DNA of 64,000 nucleotides, from NCBI RefSeq assembly GCF_006345805.1, contig NC_042998.1:162750001-162814000 (forward strand), in the 5' to 3' direction. The position numbers and the translations under genes are program-made. This stretch comes from Octopus sinensis (Eukaryota). Numbering within the stretch: position 1 is the stretch's first letter; each line of letters opens with the position of its first letter. Below the pieces are notes generated by a model. It was not told the origin of the DNA. It saw only the letters and a list, made by a program, of their open reading frames with translations, and searched no databases. This document shows positions 10,304 to 23,977 of this stretch, in pieces.

Positions 10304-12884
10304 TTATATGTTAAATGTTTGAATAGAGTGTTGAGAACGACCAAAGATCAAGCATTGGACAAACTAATATAGCAAGGTTTTGATTAACATTTGAAGTCAT
10401 TTCGACTTACTTTGAGCTTGTTTGACATGTGACCGTTTCACCTTTGGAACGTTTCACTTTTCACCGAAACAAATCTGCTTTGTGCATGTTAACCACATAA
10501 AACAGCTCGCTACGGGTTAAAGGAGAGGGACGAGAGACTACTTCTATAGCATTTAGGGACTCTTCAAGAAAAAAAATATATGTACCATTTGTTGAGGGAA
10601 ATTTGTTAACAGTGTAAAAGGCGAACAATAATAATGATAAATAACGAGCTGGACTCGAAAGAAACCAATATTAAACACATAAAATAAGTAAATTACATTT
10701 ATATCTTTTGTTTATGAGTAAAAAGCTCTAGAAAAGGAATCCCCCTTCAGCGAAGAACTTTTTCGAGATGTCAAGCTTTGTGCGTAGTTTGTTTTCTTGT
10801 ATCTATTGCTCCCTATTCCAGACTGAATTTTAGCCTGCGGTTAGAAAATACATCTTATAGAAACAATAAGGTTACCGTTTGAAAAAGGACACTTCTGGTG
10901 CCATGATATCTAAATAAATGTGTGAAATGTTATCAAAAAACAAGACAAAACTGAAACCAATAGAACAAAATAAGTAATAAAATATCTGCCTAAAAAAAAA
11001 AAGAAAGATATCTTTAATCTCCGCTTTCACATCTTCGAATGTAAGGGATGAGGGTGAAGTTTAGCGATAATGTCATGTTAAAAACAAAGATCTGCACAAT
11101 GTTCTACGAAAGATTTCGGTCTTTCTTATACTTCGTTAACGATAAACTAGTGACGTCAGTTCAATGTCGATTAAACTGGGACTAATCGAAACTTTTTTTT
11201 TTTGTTAGTACTTGATATCTAAACAAATGGTAAAAGATACACAGCCTTGTGTTATGAGAGAACTAGCTAAAAGATAGAATAACACCACTATCAAATGTAC
11301 GATAGCTTTCTTACATACACGGTTCGTGTGTGTAATAAATCCACATGACCGAAGCAAACATCTTTTATATGTATTTTCTTTCTATAGTGTTATTTTTTCT
11401 TTACCTTCCACTACTACGAACCAAAGAAAAATAAATAACAAGAATAAAGCAAATATGCGTTAACAATAATGTGTATATAATACAATAACTTTAACATAAC
11501 AGCTAAACAACAACATTGTGCTTTCAAACAAAGATGGAGGTACATAATAGATTAAAAAAAAAACTTATATAGCTATGAAAATTAAAAGAGAATTTACTAC
11601 GAAACAAAGTAGAAAGAAATAATAAAAAAGACAAAAATACCATGTAAACAACTACCACAACAAAATTCACAAAACATTTAGCAAAAAGTCAAATAACAAA
11701 TAGTTTTCAAAACTAAATCTGCAAATACTAAACTGAAGTGAAATCTTGTGCCGAGTTTATCAGACTTGAAGGAATTTTGCTATTTATGGAAACTTAGTTT
11801 CAAGAGGTCATCTCTATGACATTTTACCAAAGAGTGGCTTTAGAATTGGCAATATTGAGATTAGAGTACTGGAAAAATTTAAACAAATACTTAAGCGACA
11901 TCTAATAAAAGACAACTGTTAAATTTAAGTAAAGAATTTTAAGAAACTAAACATTATTTCAGATTCAAAATATAGCTTAATTTATTAACAGACAAAATAT
12001 AAAGTGTTCCAGAATTGCTTTTAGTTAAATATCCAGGTTGTTACTGTTGTTTATACCCAAATCAGACCTAATTGAATAAACCAATGAACAGAAGTATTTC
12101 AGTCATACTCTCGTTCCCTGTTTGGAAGAAAAGTGCATGGAATACCCTATTATCCAGTATGATATTTATGTTTAGAGATGATAGGGTGTTCTTCTGGGGA
12201 GATTTAACTGCTATTTCGAGGACCACGTAAAGCAGTCATGGACAAACTGCGACCCCGCCAAAATTACCTTCAGTTTTTAGTAGTACCCATGTCTGATGGA
12301 TGTAGATGCTCTGCAGTGGTGTGGTGAAGCATTCAATGGATCTTTGTCGTTTCAACGAGGAATATTCTGTTTTTCTCTCACCTGAACTATTTACTCATTC
12401 AATTAACGCGTCAATAGCTGAACGCTTCCCAGACACGTATACCCCTAGGCAGAATGACTGTGACACAATTAATCTTTAAATTAAAGGTAAAAGTCTATCT
12501 GTCAGGCTTCTACACAGTTTCCGTCGATGTAATTTCGTCTACCTGATGCTATGGTAAAAGACTCTTACCTAAGTTATCACGGACTATTATCGAGCCCATG
12601 ACTTCATAATTGTTAAGCGAACTCCTTAACTTGCGTCCCTGTGATGAGGTGTTTAAGCCTCTGAAATCTCATAATATATAAAGGAAGCTGTCTTAAACGA
12701 GGAACTAACTGTGGATTCAGCAACAGCAAGCTTGTCACACTATAACGTTGGTTTCTTCTGACGTGATATAAATAAAATAAGTTTGTTTCATCCTTGGTGA
12801 AAGTGATATCCAACCGGATATCGAAACGGAATCTTAGAATTGGCACTCACCAGAGTTGCCACACTAATTAAGATTTATTTTGAC

Positions 12885-13135
12885 CAGGGATTCTCAACCA
12901 TATTTTACCTAAGGACCCTTTTCATTCCTGTATTATTTAGGGTGACTCTCATGTTTTAAAAAAATTCTATTGTATTTTTATAATTAAATATTACTAGGAC
13001 TTGTACAAAAATTGCTAAAATATTTTGTGTACAGTGGACGTATAATTAGTTTATTGTACATAAACTTTACTAGCTTGAAGCATAATTTTTCCATGGCTCC
13101 CCCAAAATTTTATATGGACCCCGGTGAGAAATCTT
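12885..13135. mobile_element. hAT-type MITE, degenerate right end
   Basis: Left TIR cagggattctcaacc. Internal similarity to 46790-47118 and 63654-63910. Confidence 0.65.
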
Positions 13136-13623
13136 TGACTAAATGTTACTTCCTTTCACGCATTCTTAACTTTCAACACCAAAGTTTCAGCTACGTGCAA
13201 CATAGTTACGACGCTAAACCTGTATTATCTCCGAGAGAAGACATTACGAAAACAGCAACCATTAGGGTCATGACAAAATTGTCTAACATTAAAAAGACAC
13301 ATTAACTAAACATTCCAAGAAAACAGTATCTTATCCCTTCAACAGAATGTGAATAACAAGAGAAATAACTCTCAAAATTGGTATAATTCTGACGGTTATT
13401 GCTTGCCTTCACAATTATTGAGAATTACTGCTAGAGATGTCGTAATCTCATCATAGCAAACTATACTGTAAAGACTAACTAAACTCTTCATTGCTTGAAA
13501 ACACCCACAGTTACTAAACCAATACAGAGCTCAGTTGAGATCCACGGTAGAGTACTGCTCCAATAACTGGGACGGTGTGCTGGTACTACACACATACACA
13601 TATATTCATACATACATAAATAC

Positions 13624-13673
<50 letters not shown>

Positions 13674-13789
13674 ATGGATCACTGTGGACGCTACTCTTGA
13701 TGAGAAATCCTTGCAATACACCACGACGTCAAAAAACCTTTGAACTTTACGTAAAACTGTTATTATTGTCATTATTTTTTAATATTTAT

Positions 13790-14010
13790 TTTTATACTTT
13801 CTAAACTTTCCTGTATTTTCTGGTCTTTCCTTTTGTCGTCTCTTCCTTCTCTGGATGTCCTTCTCTCCTTGTTTTTTCTGTGTCCCTTCCTGTAGAAGAG
13901 CGTAGGCTCGAAACGTAAAAGACTTTTTCTATTCCTGAGCGTTATACTAATACATCTGTTTGTTTTGTACACCACCTGTCTTCGTCTTTTGTTTTTTTCG
14001 TAAACTTTCC
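13790..14010 (+). mobile_element. Short repeat carrying a hammerhead-like motif (family H2)
   Basis: Copies also at 17657-17820, 45405-45640 and 52680-52850 (all minus). Motif CTGTAGA-A-GAGC(GTAG)GCTC-GAAACGTA at 13890-13917. Confidence 0.75.
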
Positions 14011-14014
14011 ATAC

Positions 14015-14047
<33 letters not shown>

Positions 14048-14139
14048 CACACACACGTCCCAGAATACGTTAAAAAATAAGGTACAAAATGGTATGAGAT
14101 TACTCACTGAAAGACTCCAATCGTTGCCCTGCATATATT

Positions 14140-14306
14140 GTCTTCTCTGTATTTTCTCTCAACCCTACCACCACTAACAACAACAAAAACAACAAAAACA
14201 ACAACAAAAACAACAAAAACAACAACAACAACTAATACTACTACTACTACAACTACTACTACTACTACCATCACATCCACCAGCACCACCACTACCACTA
14301 CTACAG
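14140..14306. repeat. Compound (ACA)n/(ACT)n/(CAC)n tract
   Basis: Direct inspection. Confidence 0.9.
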
Positions 14307-14818
14307 TAGACTGTTCCTCGAGGGGATGGCTGAACTTGCATCACCAACCCAACTCAGACTCTTCGAAATTGCTCGTCGATTCTCCTCCGTCAGCCATATT
14401 GTATCCCCGCACAGGTTCCGCAGTACCCCCACACTCGACCGAAATCCCCTCTCAGCCCATGCCACATGACTTTTTCTGCAGCCTCCAATTTACATCTGTT
14501 CAAGAGGAGCTTCAATCACCTCAATATCACAGATCTCGGAAGGCCTTTCAAAGTTAAAGAACACGACCCTTTCCTCTAGAACAAAGCATGTAAAAAATAA
14601 ATAAATAAATAAATAAAAAGATAAATAAATAATATAAATTTTAAAAATCACAGAGCTTACGTCTTTTGATGGAAGGGCATATCAGAAACGAAACAACAGA
14701 ACATATTACTGGAAATTATTAATTATTTTATCGACACCCCGGACAGATCAAATATTTTCTTGACTCGACTTTGAAAAGCAGCGGAAGGAAAAATGAAACA
14801 AAAAGAAAAAGAAATAGC

Positions 14819-14888
<70 letters not shown>

Positions 14889-14928
14889 ACACTCACATAC
14901 ACACAAACACACACACACACCACACACA

Positions 14929-14974
<46 letters not shown>

Positions 14975-14997
14975 GCATTATTGTTATTATTATTATT

Positions 14998-15050
<53 letters not shown>

Positions 15051-15052
15051 TA
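14819..15052. repeat. (CA)n followed by (ATT)n/(AAT)n
   Basis: Direct inspection. Confidence 0.95.
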
Positions 15053-15272
15053 TTACTATCATTATTAATTCACCTCTGAATCAAACTGTTTCATATTTTT
15101 ACGCCATCTTGTACAGTCATTATGTAATTTTTCAAATGATCCAAACTACAAAGAAACCGTTCAGATGACGAATAGTCTGGACTGCACCACAGCCAGAGAA
15201 AAGGGATTCAGATTCTACAATATATTCCTATTTCGCGCTAGTGGGGTCTCTCTCTCTCCCTCACTCTCACTC

Positions 15273-15316
<44 letters not shown>

Positions 15317-15647
15317 TCCCTCATTCCCTCTTTCTCTCGTCGATTTAGCTGCTTTGAGTCTGTAAAAGAAATGTGTATATATAAATATGTATATATGTGA
15401 TTTTCGAAAGATTTGGTAGCTTCATTTGACATGTCGAGCTAGCTCTTAGAGGTTTCTCCCTGTGATTCATGCATATACATAGAACTTGCCTGTCAACGAT
15501 GTATGTATATTACGCATGATGATGTATAAATGGTTATTTTAATTTAAATTTGCTTCAGTTGTGTATACCGTATACGTGTGTATATATAAATGTGTGCGAG
15601 TGTATATATATCTATAATATTATATCTATCTATCTATCTATCTATAT

Positions 15648-15709
<62 letters not shown>

Positions 15710-16437
15710 CTGGGTAATAACCATACAGTGTGCGCTTCAGAGCTGCTCCTGTCTGAGAATCGGTTACCAAATCGTATCATACTGTAGGAACTCTGTTATT
15801 GGATGTACATGTGAAAATCCGCAAACTTTATTAAAAATTCGCTACAAAGATTTTAACGCATCATTATTGACTGTTAATTGCTGAATGTTGCATACATTAT
15901 ACGCAGTATTGTATCAATATGATTTAACATCAGCTGTATACATGCGCATCCTCGGGTGATCAGAATAAAATGGCAATATATATATATATATAGTATTCTG
16001 TATGTCTTACTTAACGGGGATATACTATCGAAAGCCGCTAAATTACCGTATTCTTCTTGAGAAAGCTACTCATATAGATATTTATTGCAAAAAAGCACAG
16101 ACTATCAGTTGCAGACGATAATCGTATATCAATGGTGAGTGGCGGAATTGCTAAATCATGATTTCTATGTCATTGCACACCATCAGTAGCAAGTATCAAT
16201 TATCAATCACATACTTGCGCAACATTCGCTTCTACTAGTACAGAAAATACTATGTGTATACAGTATTTTATTCCGAAACAGTACTGCTCCCGTCGCTAAT
16301 AAAAAATGTTTGCCTCCCGTCACCGATTTGCGAAACCAAGACGTATACTGCAGTTTTGCGATTTTGGATAGTGTCTCTACATCAACTAAAATATACAGAA
16401 TGCTATTCTGAACCAATGTTGTTTCCATCGCTAATAA

Positions 16438-16439
<2 letters not shown>

Positions 16440-16500
<61 letters not shown>

Positions 16501-16584
16501 ATATATATATATAAAATATACACATACATACATACATACATACATACATACATACATACATACATACATACATACATACATACA

Positions 16585-16615
<31 letters not shown>

Positions 16616-16620
16616 GTATA
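16440..16620. repeat. (TA)n(CATA)n microsatellite
   Basis: Direct inspection. Confidence 0.95.
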
Positions 16621-16639
16621 TATGTATTGGTAAATCCGA

Positions 16640-16760
16640 AATAAAAACAAAATTATCGGAAGTCAAAAGGACATGCATGGTTGATACTAAAATGGAAAAA
16701 AGTGAGAGTGTGTGACGTTTCGAGCATGGCTCTTTGTCAGAAAAGGGATAGAGGAAAAAA
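16640..16760 (-). mobile_element. Short repeat with hammerhead-like motif (family H3)
   Basis: Minus 16740-16714 reads CTGACAA-A-GAGC(CAT)GCTC-GAAACGTC. A degenerate copy lies at ~57685-57715. Confidence 0.5.
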
Positions 16761-17026
16761 CATGAACATAAGCCTAAATAGACCTAACGTTTCCGCTTCT
16801 GGGGTGATTTTTCACCTCCCTTCGATATATATTTTTAAATGTATCTAGACCATAAGGCGTACCATTTTTGATAACAATATCTCAAGAAAAATATCGTTAT
16901 AACTTGCCTGTCAACGATGTATGTACATTAAATATGACACGCAAATGGTTAGTTTGATTTAATCTTGCTTCAGTTGCGTATACCAGATACGTGTGTGAGT
17001 ATACAAATGTGTGTGTGTATGTATGC

Positions 17027-17075
<49 letters not shown>

Positions 17076-17369
17076 GATTCAGATGAATATGGTACTTGAG
17101 TTGAGGCACCAGAATTTAGTACGGTATTATCCATACAATTTCAAAATAAGGTGATTAAAATCAAAATAAGCAACAAGGATATCCAGAGGTAACGCAGTAC
17201 GATCGTTTCAAGCAACTCCATTTAATTGAACAATGCATTCATTACATCAATTTAAATGCAGGGCAATCCCAAGCTACATAAAGACATAGTATTTAATTAA
17301 ATTAAAACAGATGGACACATTAGTATAATTTTACCTAAAATCTCCAAGAAGGTATGTGTGTGTGTGCGT

Positions 17370-17408
<39 letters not shown>

Positions 17409-17656
17409 GTCGTAAATGACAGAGAAATAGTTAAGCTATATTATTATATTCAATAAATAGATAAATTACTTACATGCCAGCATTATCGCAAAATGCCAGA
17501 AATCTTTCAAAATAATGCAAAATTTAAAGCTACGTGTCGTACTGTATATTGTATGTTTTGAAGAATGAGACATTAAGGAGCTGTTTTTATGAGTACTACC
17601 GAATTACTTGAATCCATTTACAGTGACTAATATATATATAGGGATATATATATATA

Positions 17657-17818
17657 GGGAGAGTTTACGAAAAAGACAAAAGACGAAGACAGATGGTGTA
17701 CAAAACAAACAGATATATTAGTATAACGCTCAGGAATAGAAAAAGTCTTTTACGTTTCGAGCCTACGCTCTTCTACAGAAAGGGACACAGAAAAAACAAG
17801 GAGAGAACCAAGGAGAGA

Positions 17819-17820
<2 letters not shown>
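17657..17820 (-). mobile_element. H2 repeat copy inside (TA)n
   Basis: Reverse complement of 13790-14010, with the motif at 17747-17782. Confidence 0.8.
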
Positions 17821-17849
<29 letters not shown>

Positions 17850-19035
17850 ATAATATATATATATATATTTACCTCAAGCATTCATTTACCTTTAATGAAT
17901 ATGCTTTGCATCACTCCTCTTTCCTCGGTTACCTTTTACAGAGTTGACTATTGCGAGGATTCGAACTAGATCTCTGATTTGAGGAAATCTTCCTTTCACT
18001 CAGCTACTCGCGGATCCCCTGAAAAAAGAATTAAGGTCTCAAGTGCTGCACTTTCGTCCTTAATTAATTGCAAGAATTTGACAGAAGAGGAAATACTTTG
18101 CTGTCTTAGTCAACATGGAACATACCCACAGTAGCTCAAAATGGCAGCCAAAGCAACCAAATTTCCTACACAAACACTGTACGTATTTTTTTATGTCTAT
18201 ATGTATGAAACAGTCGGAGAAACGTCCAAGAGCTAGCTAGACCTGTAAAATAAAGCTGCCAAGTCTCTCGCGAATCACATCTTTCTGTCTCATGGTACTT
18301 TACTATAGTAGCTGGGCATCATTGGGTACCTTTTGATTATATTTAAAAATTTGCCTGTGTAAATATTTACACATGTATATTTGAAGAAAAGCATTGTTTA
18401 CGACACATGCGCAGGAAGACATAGACGTGGGTGAGAGAGAAAGAGGGACACAGAGAGGGGGAAGAGTAAGCCAAAGAGAAGAAGAAGAACGAAATTAATC
18501 ATCCTTATAGACATTTAACAACTTTTTTTTGTTTGTGTTTGTTATCAAATTGATGGTTACCCAATTGATAGCGTCTGTATGTTGTACGTGGTAGAGTTAG
18601 CTAACATTGCCTCGTGACGGCCATATTGCTTTTTTCTCTCACCCCACCCCCACCCCCATTGTCACTACTCTTTATTGCTTTCACTAGATAACAAGTGTTG
18701 TTTGTATCACACGAAATATGCCTATTAGCATCTGTTTAGTAACATTTCTACTTACAGATCAATTGCTAAATCATTCAATCAATTTGTTTATCCATCACTG
18801 GACCAGTAAATCTGTTTCTTTCATCTTTCTTTCACTCTTTTACCGATTGACCATTTTATTCGTGTCTATACGCTTTAACTTGAAGCCGTATCTATGCCAA
18901 TCGTTTTTTATTGCAAGTTTTTTCCCCTTTTCTTTCCTATTTTCATCCATTTTTTATTGTTTTGTCGTTGTTTTTGGCACCCCTGCCAGAGATATTTGCA
19001 TTATACATACATATATACATACAAAAATGACTATT

Positions 19036-19085
<50 letters not shown>

Positions 19086-19976
19086 TAGTCATTTTTCATT
19101 CTCGTGTCGTTTAACCAGAGCATCTAACTGATAGCTCTCAAAGCTAGCCTTCTGCTCTGTCATATTCTATTCACTTCTGTCATATTGTCATTCTTTATTT
19201 CTTTTATTATTCCTTAAGCAAAATGGACATTTACTTTCCCTCTATATTTATTTATCTTTACTCAATGTATCAAATGCTTTAAAAACTATTGCATACGGAG
19301 AGAGAGAGAGAGAAAGAGAGAAATACAATACGTTATACAATTCACAAGAAAACTGACAAGATGAGAAATATCAAGAAGGTGGTCATTTCTCCTTTGTATC
19401 TTTTATTTCCATTATTGTTTTTTGTTTGTTTGTTTGATTTTTTCAAATATTCAAAGACATGATACAAAGTATCAAAGAAAATAAGGCTGGTCATCTATAA
19501 AATATCCATTATAATGCTTAACCAGTAAATAGTTAATCCCTTTCGCTTCTCTTCTTTCCTATATTGCGGCAATGAATCCATTGGGCGAAATCATTGATAT
19601 TCTTAGCCATAGATCTTCTATCAAAAAGAAACACTATAATCCAAATATCTGAAATCACAGAAATATTCATGTTAGAGAAAACCGCACAAAACAGACTGAA
19701 GGAAGAAAGCAACATTTACATTCATGTAACAAAATAAATGATCAAAGGTTGCCAATATTTACAAATAATGTATTTTAGGAAAACAAATTATGAGAATTTA
19801 CTTAACTTACTGATTCGCTTAATTGATTGTGTCGCAGATGGTCGAATCGATAAGGTAGCTGGCAAATCGACGTGTTTCGTATCTCGGCGATATAAACCAA
19901 ACGCTTAACATTCGCTATGCAATATACGAAGTATTATTCATCTTCCTTTCTTTCTCTGTCTGTATATATGTATGTT

Positions 19977-20034
<58 letters not shown>

Positions 20035-20230
20035 CAGACGCACACACACATATTTCGCTCAGACATTGCGAGACTAATAACTTGGTGTAGAACTCAATAT
20101 GCTTCAAAACGAAGCGTTCGTCGAGTACAGAGCAGCCAAGCACACTGTGTCCACTGCACTTTATAGCAGAAACAGTTGTAAGCTAATGAAGTTAATAAGA
20201 TAATCGTTTATTCCTTCGTCATCTCCTTTT

Positions 20231-20273
<43 letters not shown>

Positions 20274-20715
20274 CCGTCTAAGAATCCACAAGTCAGGAAA
20301 AATGCACTCGTATATCTGCCAGTAGAGAGGGTTTATTAATAGGTGCATACATCTCCCATAAACACTTTTCCAAGTCTTACCGACTTGCAACACCTCTAGA
20401 GATTGTGTTTTTGGTACCAAGGGACATGACTCTTAACTTAGCCCTTTCTCGGTTCGTTTCATCGTCTATTTGACAACAACCACAATCCGGATGTGTCTGT
20501 TCACCTCCAACAATAGAGACCAGTCACCATATTCCATTCCATAACTATCACCTCTGAAAAGTGCAGGGTCATATAATCAGGCTATTACCTAACACTCCGT
20601 TGAACCCCTATTGCGAAACCGATTGGTAAGTTTGGACGTAATGGATATATAATACAGTACACTTCGTTTAACACACACACACACACATACACACACACAC
20701 ATATATATATATATA

Positions 20716-21038
20716 TGGCTCAGTGGTTAGAGCGTCGAGCTTACCATTGTGAGGTTGCAAGTTCGAATCCCGGACCGGGCTGCGTGTTGAGTTCTTGAGC
20801 AAGACACTTTATTTTACATTGCTCCATTTAACTCAGCTGTAGAAATGACTTGCGACGTCACAGGTGCCAAGCTGTACCGGTCTTTGCCTTTCCCTTGGAT
20901 AACACTGGTGGCGTGGAGAAGGGAGGCTGGTATGCATGGGCAACTGCTGGTCTTCCATAAACAACCTTGCCCGGACTTGTGCCGGGGAGGGTAACATTCT
21001 AGGTGCAATCCCATGGTCAGTGATGACCGAAGGGGGTC
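20716..21038 (+). mobile_element. V-like tRNA SINE
   Basis: atggctcagtggttagagcg...gttcgaatcccgg...gaccgaagggggtc. Confidence 0.92.
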
Positions 21039-21139
21039 TCAGCAGTATATATATGTGTGTGTGTGTGTTAATGTAAGGTTGGATCATTGCAAGAAAGTAC
21101 AAAGCAAACTATAAAAGTAAAAGAAAATATAACTAAGTT

Positions 21140-21520
21140 GCAGTTTTACCTTATATTTTTATATTTCAGGATTATGACCACTACCTCAGGACATTTGGTG
21201 GCTGGAAAAAGTCGTTGCTCAATTGTGTGGGGGTGGGGGAAAAGGAAGGTGACATGGTCTGCTTCGTGTAGTTCCTTCCTGTTGTTAATGGCAGATCTCA
21301 ATTTATTTATAAGGAGGGCCTCTATGATTCTGAGATTGTTCTGGAAGCATCGGGTAGCCCTAATGGCTACTTTAAAATTCCGGGTTTGGCAATTCTTTAG
21401 GTGTTTCTGTAGTGTCCGTGTGCAAATGTACTTTTATACGGATGTGCAATTTCCTGATGGTGCTCCCTATGTAAGATACCCCACGTTTACTGCAGTAGTC
21501 TGCGAGATCGTATAAACTTT
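21140..21520 (-). mobile_element. Penelope-like element 3' fragment: frameshifted GIY-YIG endonuclease
   Basis: Across two frameshifts: VYTIS / CSKRGVSYIGSTIRKLHIRIKVH / QKHLKNCQTRNFKV...LRIIEALLINKLRSAINNRKE. This fits the GIY-YIG pattern VY-I-C..YIG-T-R-L--R--EH...E-LLI..N. Confidence 0.85.
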
Positions 21521-21566
21521 CGCGAGATCAATTTATAGGTGCATGCCAAGTACTAGGATCTGTACG

Positions 21567-21633
<67 letters not shown>

Positions 21634-21636
<3 letters not shown>

Positions 21637-21789
21637 TCATAAGGACACATTAAAGTATCCACCAAAAAAATTAACACTGAAAATAACAGACTGAATCAGT
21701 TATTTTCGGTGTAAATTTTTTGGTTGTCCAAATGATGATTTTAACTCTCATTTCTAGCGCGTAGACGCTTTAATGTGTCCTTGGGATTA
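21634..21789. repeat. Nested foldback (two pairs of inverted arms) abutting (TA)n
   Basis: 21634-21659 pairs with 21764-21789, and 21661-21687 pairs with 21699-21724. Confidence 0.85.
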
Positions 21790-21946
21790 ATATAATTTTA
21801 ATTCTATAGCTATATAATGCTGATTTAGGCCTGCAACCACCTATATTAATACTGTTGTTATTATCGACTATTTGTATTGTCTTCGATAATAATAACAATC
21901 TTAATATCTATATATACATTCGCTTCTGAATATTTTGCTGTCGATG

Positions 21947-22055
<109 letters not shown>

Positions 22056-22782
22056 ATACATATTGTTCTATACTTAAATCGTTGTTCGAACAATTGCTTA
22101 ACAGAAGCATTCAAACAAGTTTAAATATTCATGAAACTCTTAAAAACTATTAAGCATTGAGTGAAAGGGTAGCGAAATCTCCTTCAATTATCTATCATTT
22201 CTGTCTGAGAAACATATTAGCAAATTTAGTCTTGGATATGCTATACTTGAATAAAGGACATGATTACCAGAAGTAGAACATATTTCAATATGGTACTGCT
22301 TTAAAGTACTATTAAATGCACTTGATTATTGCACCACTAAAAGCTCCTTAGAATTATTCTTTACATAGCTCTGTTACATCATAGATTAAGACAGACAAAA
22401 TCTAGAGTCAGACATGGCAGAAATAGGAGCCAAACCATCTTCAAACCATACTGAACCACCTTATATATATATATACATACACACACACACAAATAGACAG
22501 ATCGATATAGATGTATACAGAGACATATGTGTGTGAGTGTGTGTGTATATATGTATGCTTGTATGTAAATGAGAGCATGTATATTTGTATATGCATGTAT
22601 GTATATACATATGTATGTATGTATGTATGTATGTATGTGAGCAAAAAAAGATTGCCACGACAGTGGAATGCTATTATAAGTCTAGAATTGATATATAGCT
22701 ACAGGGTCTACTAATGAAATTTTAAATCATCATAATCATCGTAATCCTCATCATTAGTAATTGCATTATGATAACTACAGCG

Positions 22783-22858
<76 letters not shown>

Positions 22859-23589
22859 TTAATTAATGCTTTGTTTGAATTTTGTTGTTGTTTTTTTAAT
22901 GTTACATTTACAAACTTTTCCACTGAATAATGATACAGAATTGTAAAACAACAACAAGAAAAATAAAATAAGATTAAATAAAATAAAAAGGAATTAAAAA
23001 CAATCTTCAAAATGAACCAAAAAAAAAAGAAAAATGCACACAGACACATAGAGATATACAAAAAAAAAACCCCACCACGATTTACAAAGAATTAATTTAC
23101 TAAGTCTTTGTTCATGTTACCCCCTCCTCTGCTACTACACTATATTATAAAATTTATTAGATTCATCTTGGAAATTACAGTGAAAAGACTGAAATTTTTC
23201 TATTTGCTACATGACTGATTTCCCATTTGAACTAATAACTGCAGATTCCAATGTTAAGATTGATGTGTATGTTATTGCTGTTCGTTACATCGTTTCAAGC
23301 GTACATATTTAGTAGGATTACCACACGCATAGATATATATACACATGCATACACACATATACATACATACATGCATACATACATATCTATATATCTATAT
23401 CTATTTATATATATAGAGAGAGAGACGCATGCGTATACATGTATGCATTCAGGCACAAACGTTGTTGTTGAAGTTGTGTGTATGTGTGGAAAAATTTAGA
23501 ATTTTGTATATTCATAAGTGGTTGATGTCTGTATCTTTTATCTGTGCTGTTATTTGCATATATGTTTATTTACTTTTGTAGGGATATTT

Positions 23590-23632
23590 GGGTGTTTGTT
23601 TATATATGTCTGTAAATATATATATATAATAT

Positions 23633-23669
<37 letters not shown>

Positions 23670-23698
23670 CTTTATATATGTATATATATATATATTTA

Positions 23699-23729
<31 letters not shown>

Positions 23730-23807
23730 ATGTATATATATATTATATATATATATATATATATTTATATATTTATATATATTTATATATGTATGTATAT
23801 ATATATA

Positions 23808-23842
<35 letters not shown>

Positions 23843-23944
23843 AATGCATATAACTGAATATACATATATATATATATACTTATATATATACCCACGCATA
23901 TATATACACACACATGATATGTATGTATGTATGTATATAGGGAA

Positions 23945-23960
<16 letters not shown>
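23590..23960. repeat. Degenerate (TA)n / (GA)n tract
   Basis: Direct inspection. Confidence 0.9.

Positions 23961-23977
<17 letters not shown>

Noticed and set aside
12613-12852. Minus-strand GTGAGT donor at ~12850 with a downstream acceptor and 77-aa ORF
   Set aside because: The upstream sequence is MITE flank, and no coherent exon or recognisable protein results.
14138-14557. 139-aa Thr/Ser/Pro-rich mucin-like ORF
   Set aside because: The Thr run is a microsatellite. The GC-richer 3' part may be a retroelement scrap that I cannot assign, and there are no clear splice signals.
19533-19697. Minus-strand acceptor plus 53-codon frame resembling a GPCR TM7 and tail
   Set aside because: There is no NPxxY or equivalent motif, and the resemblance is too loose.
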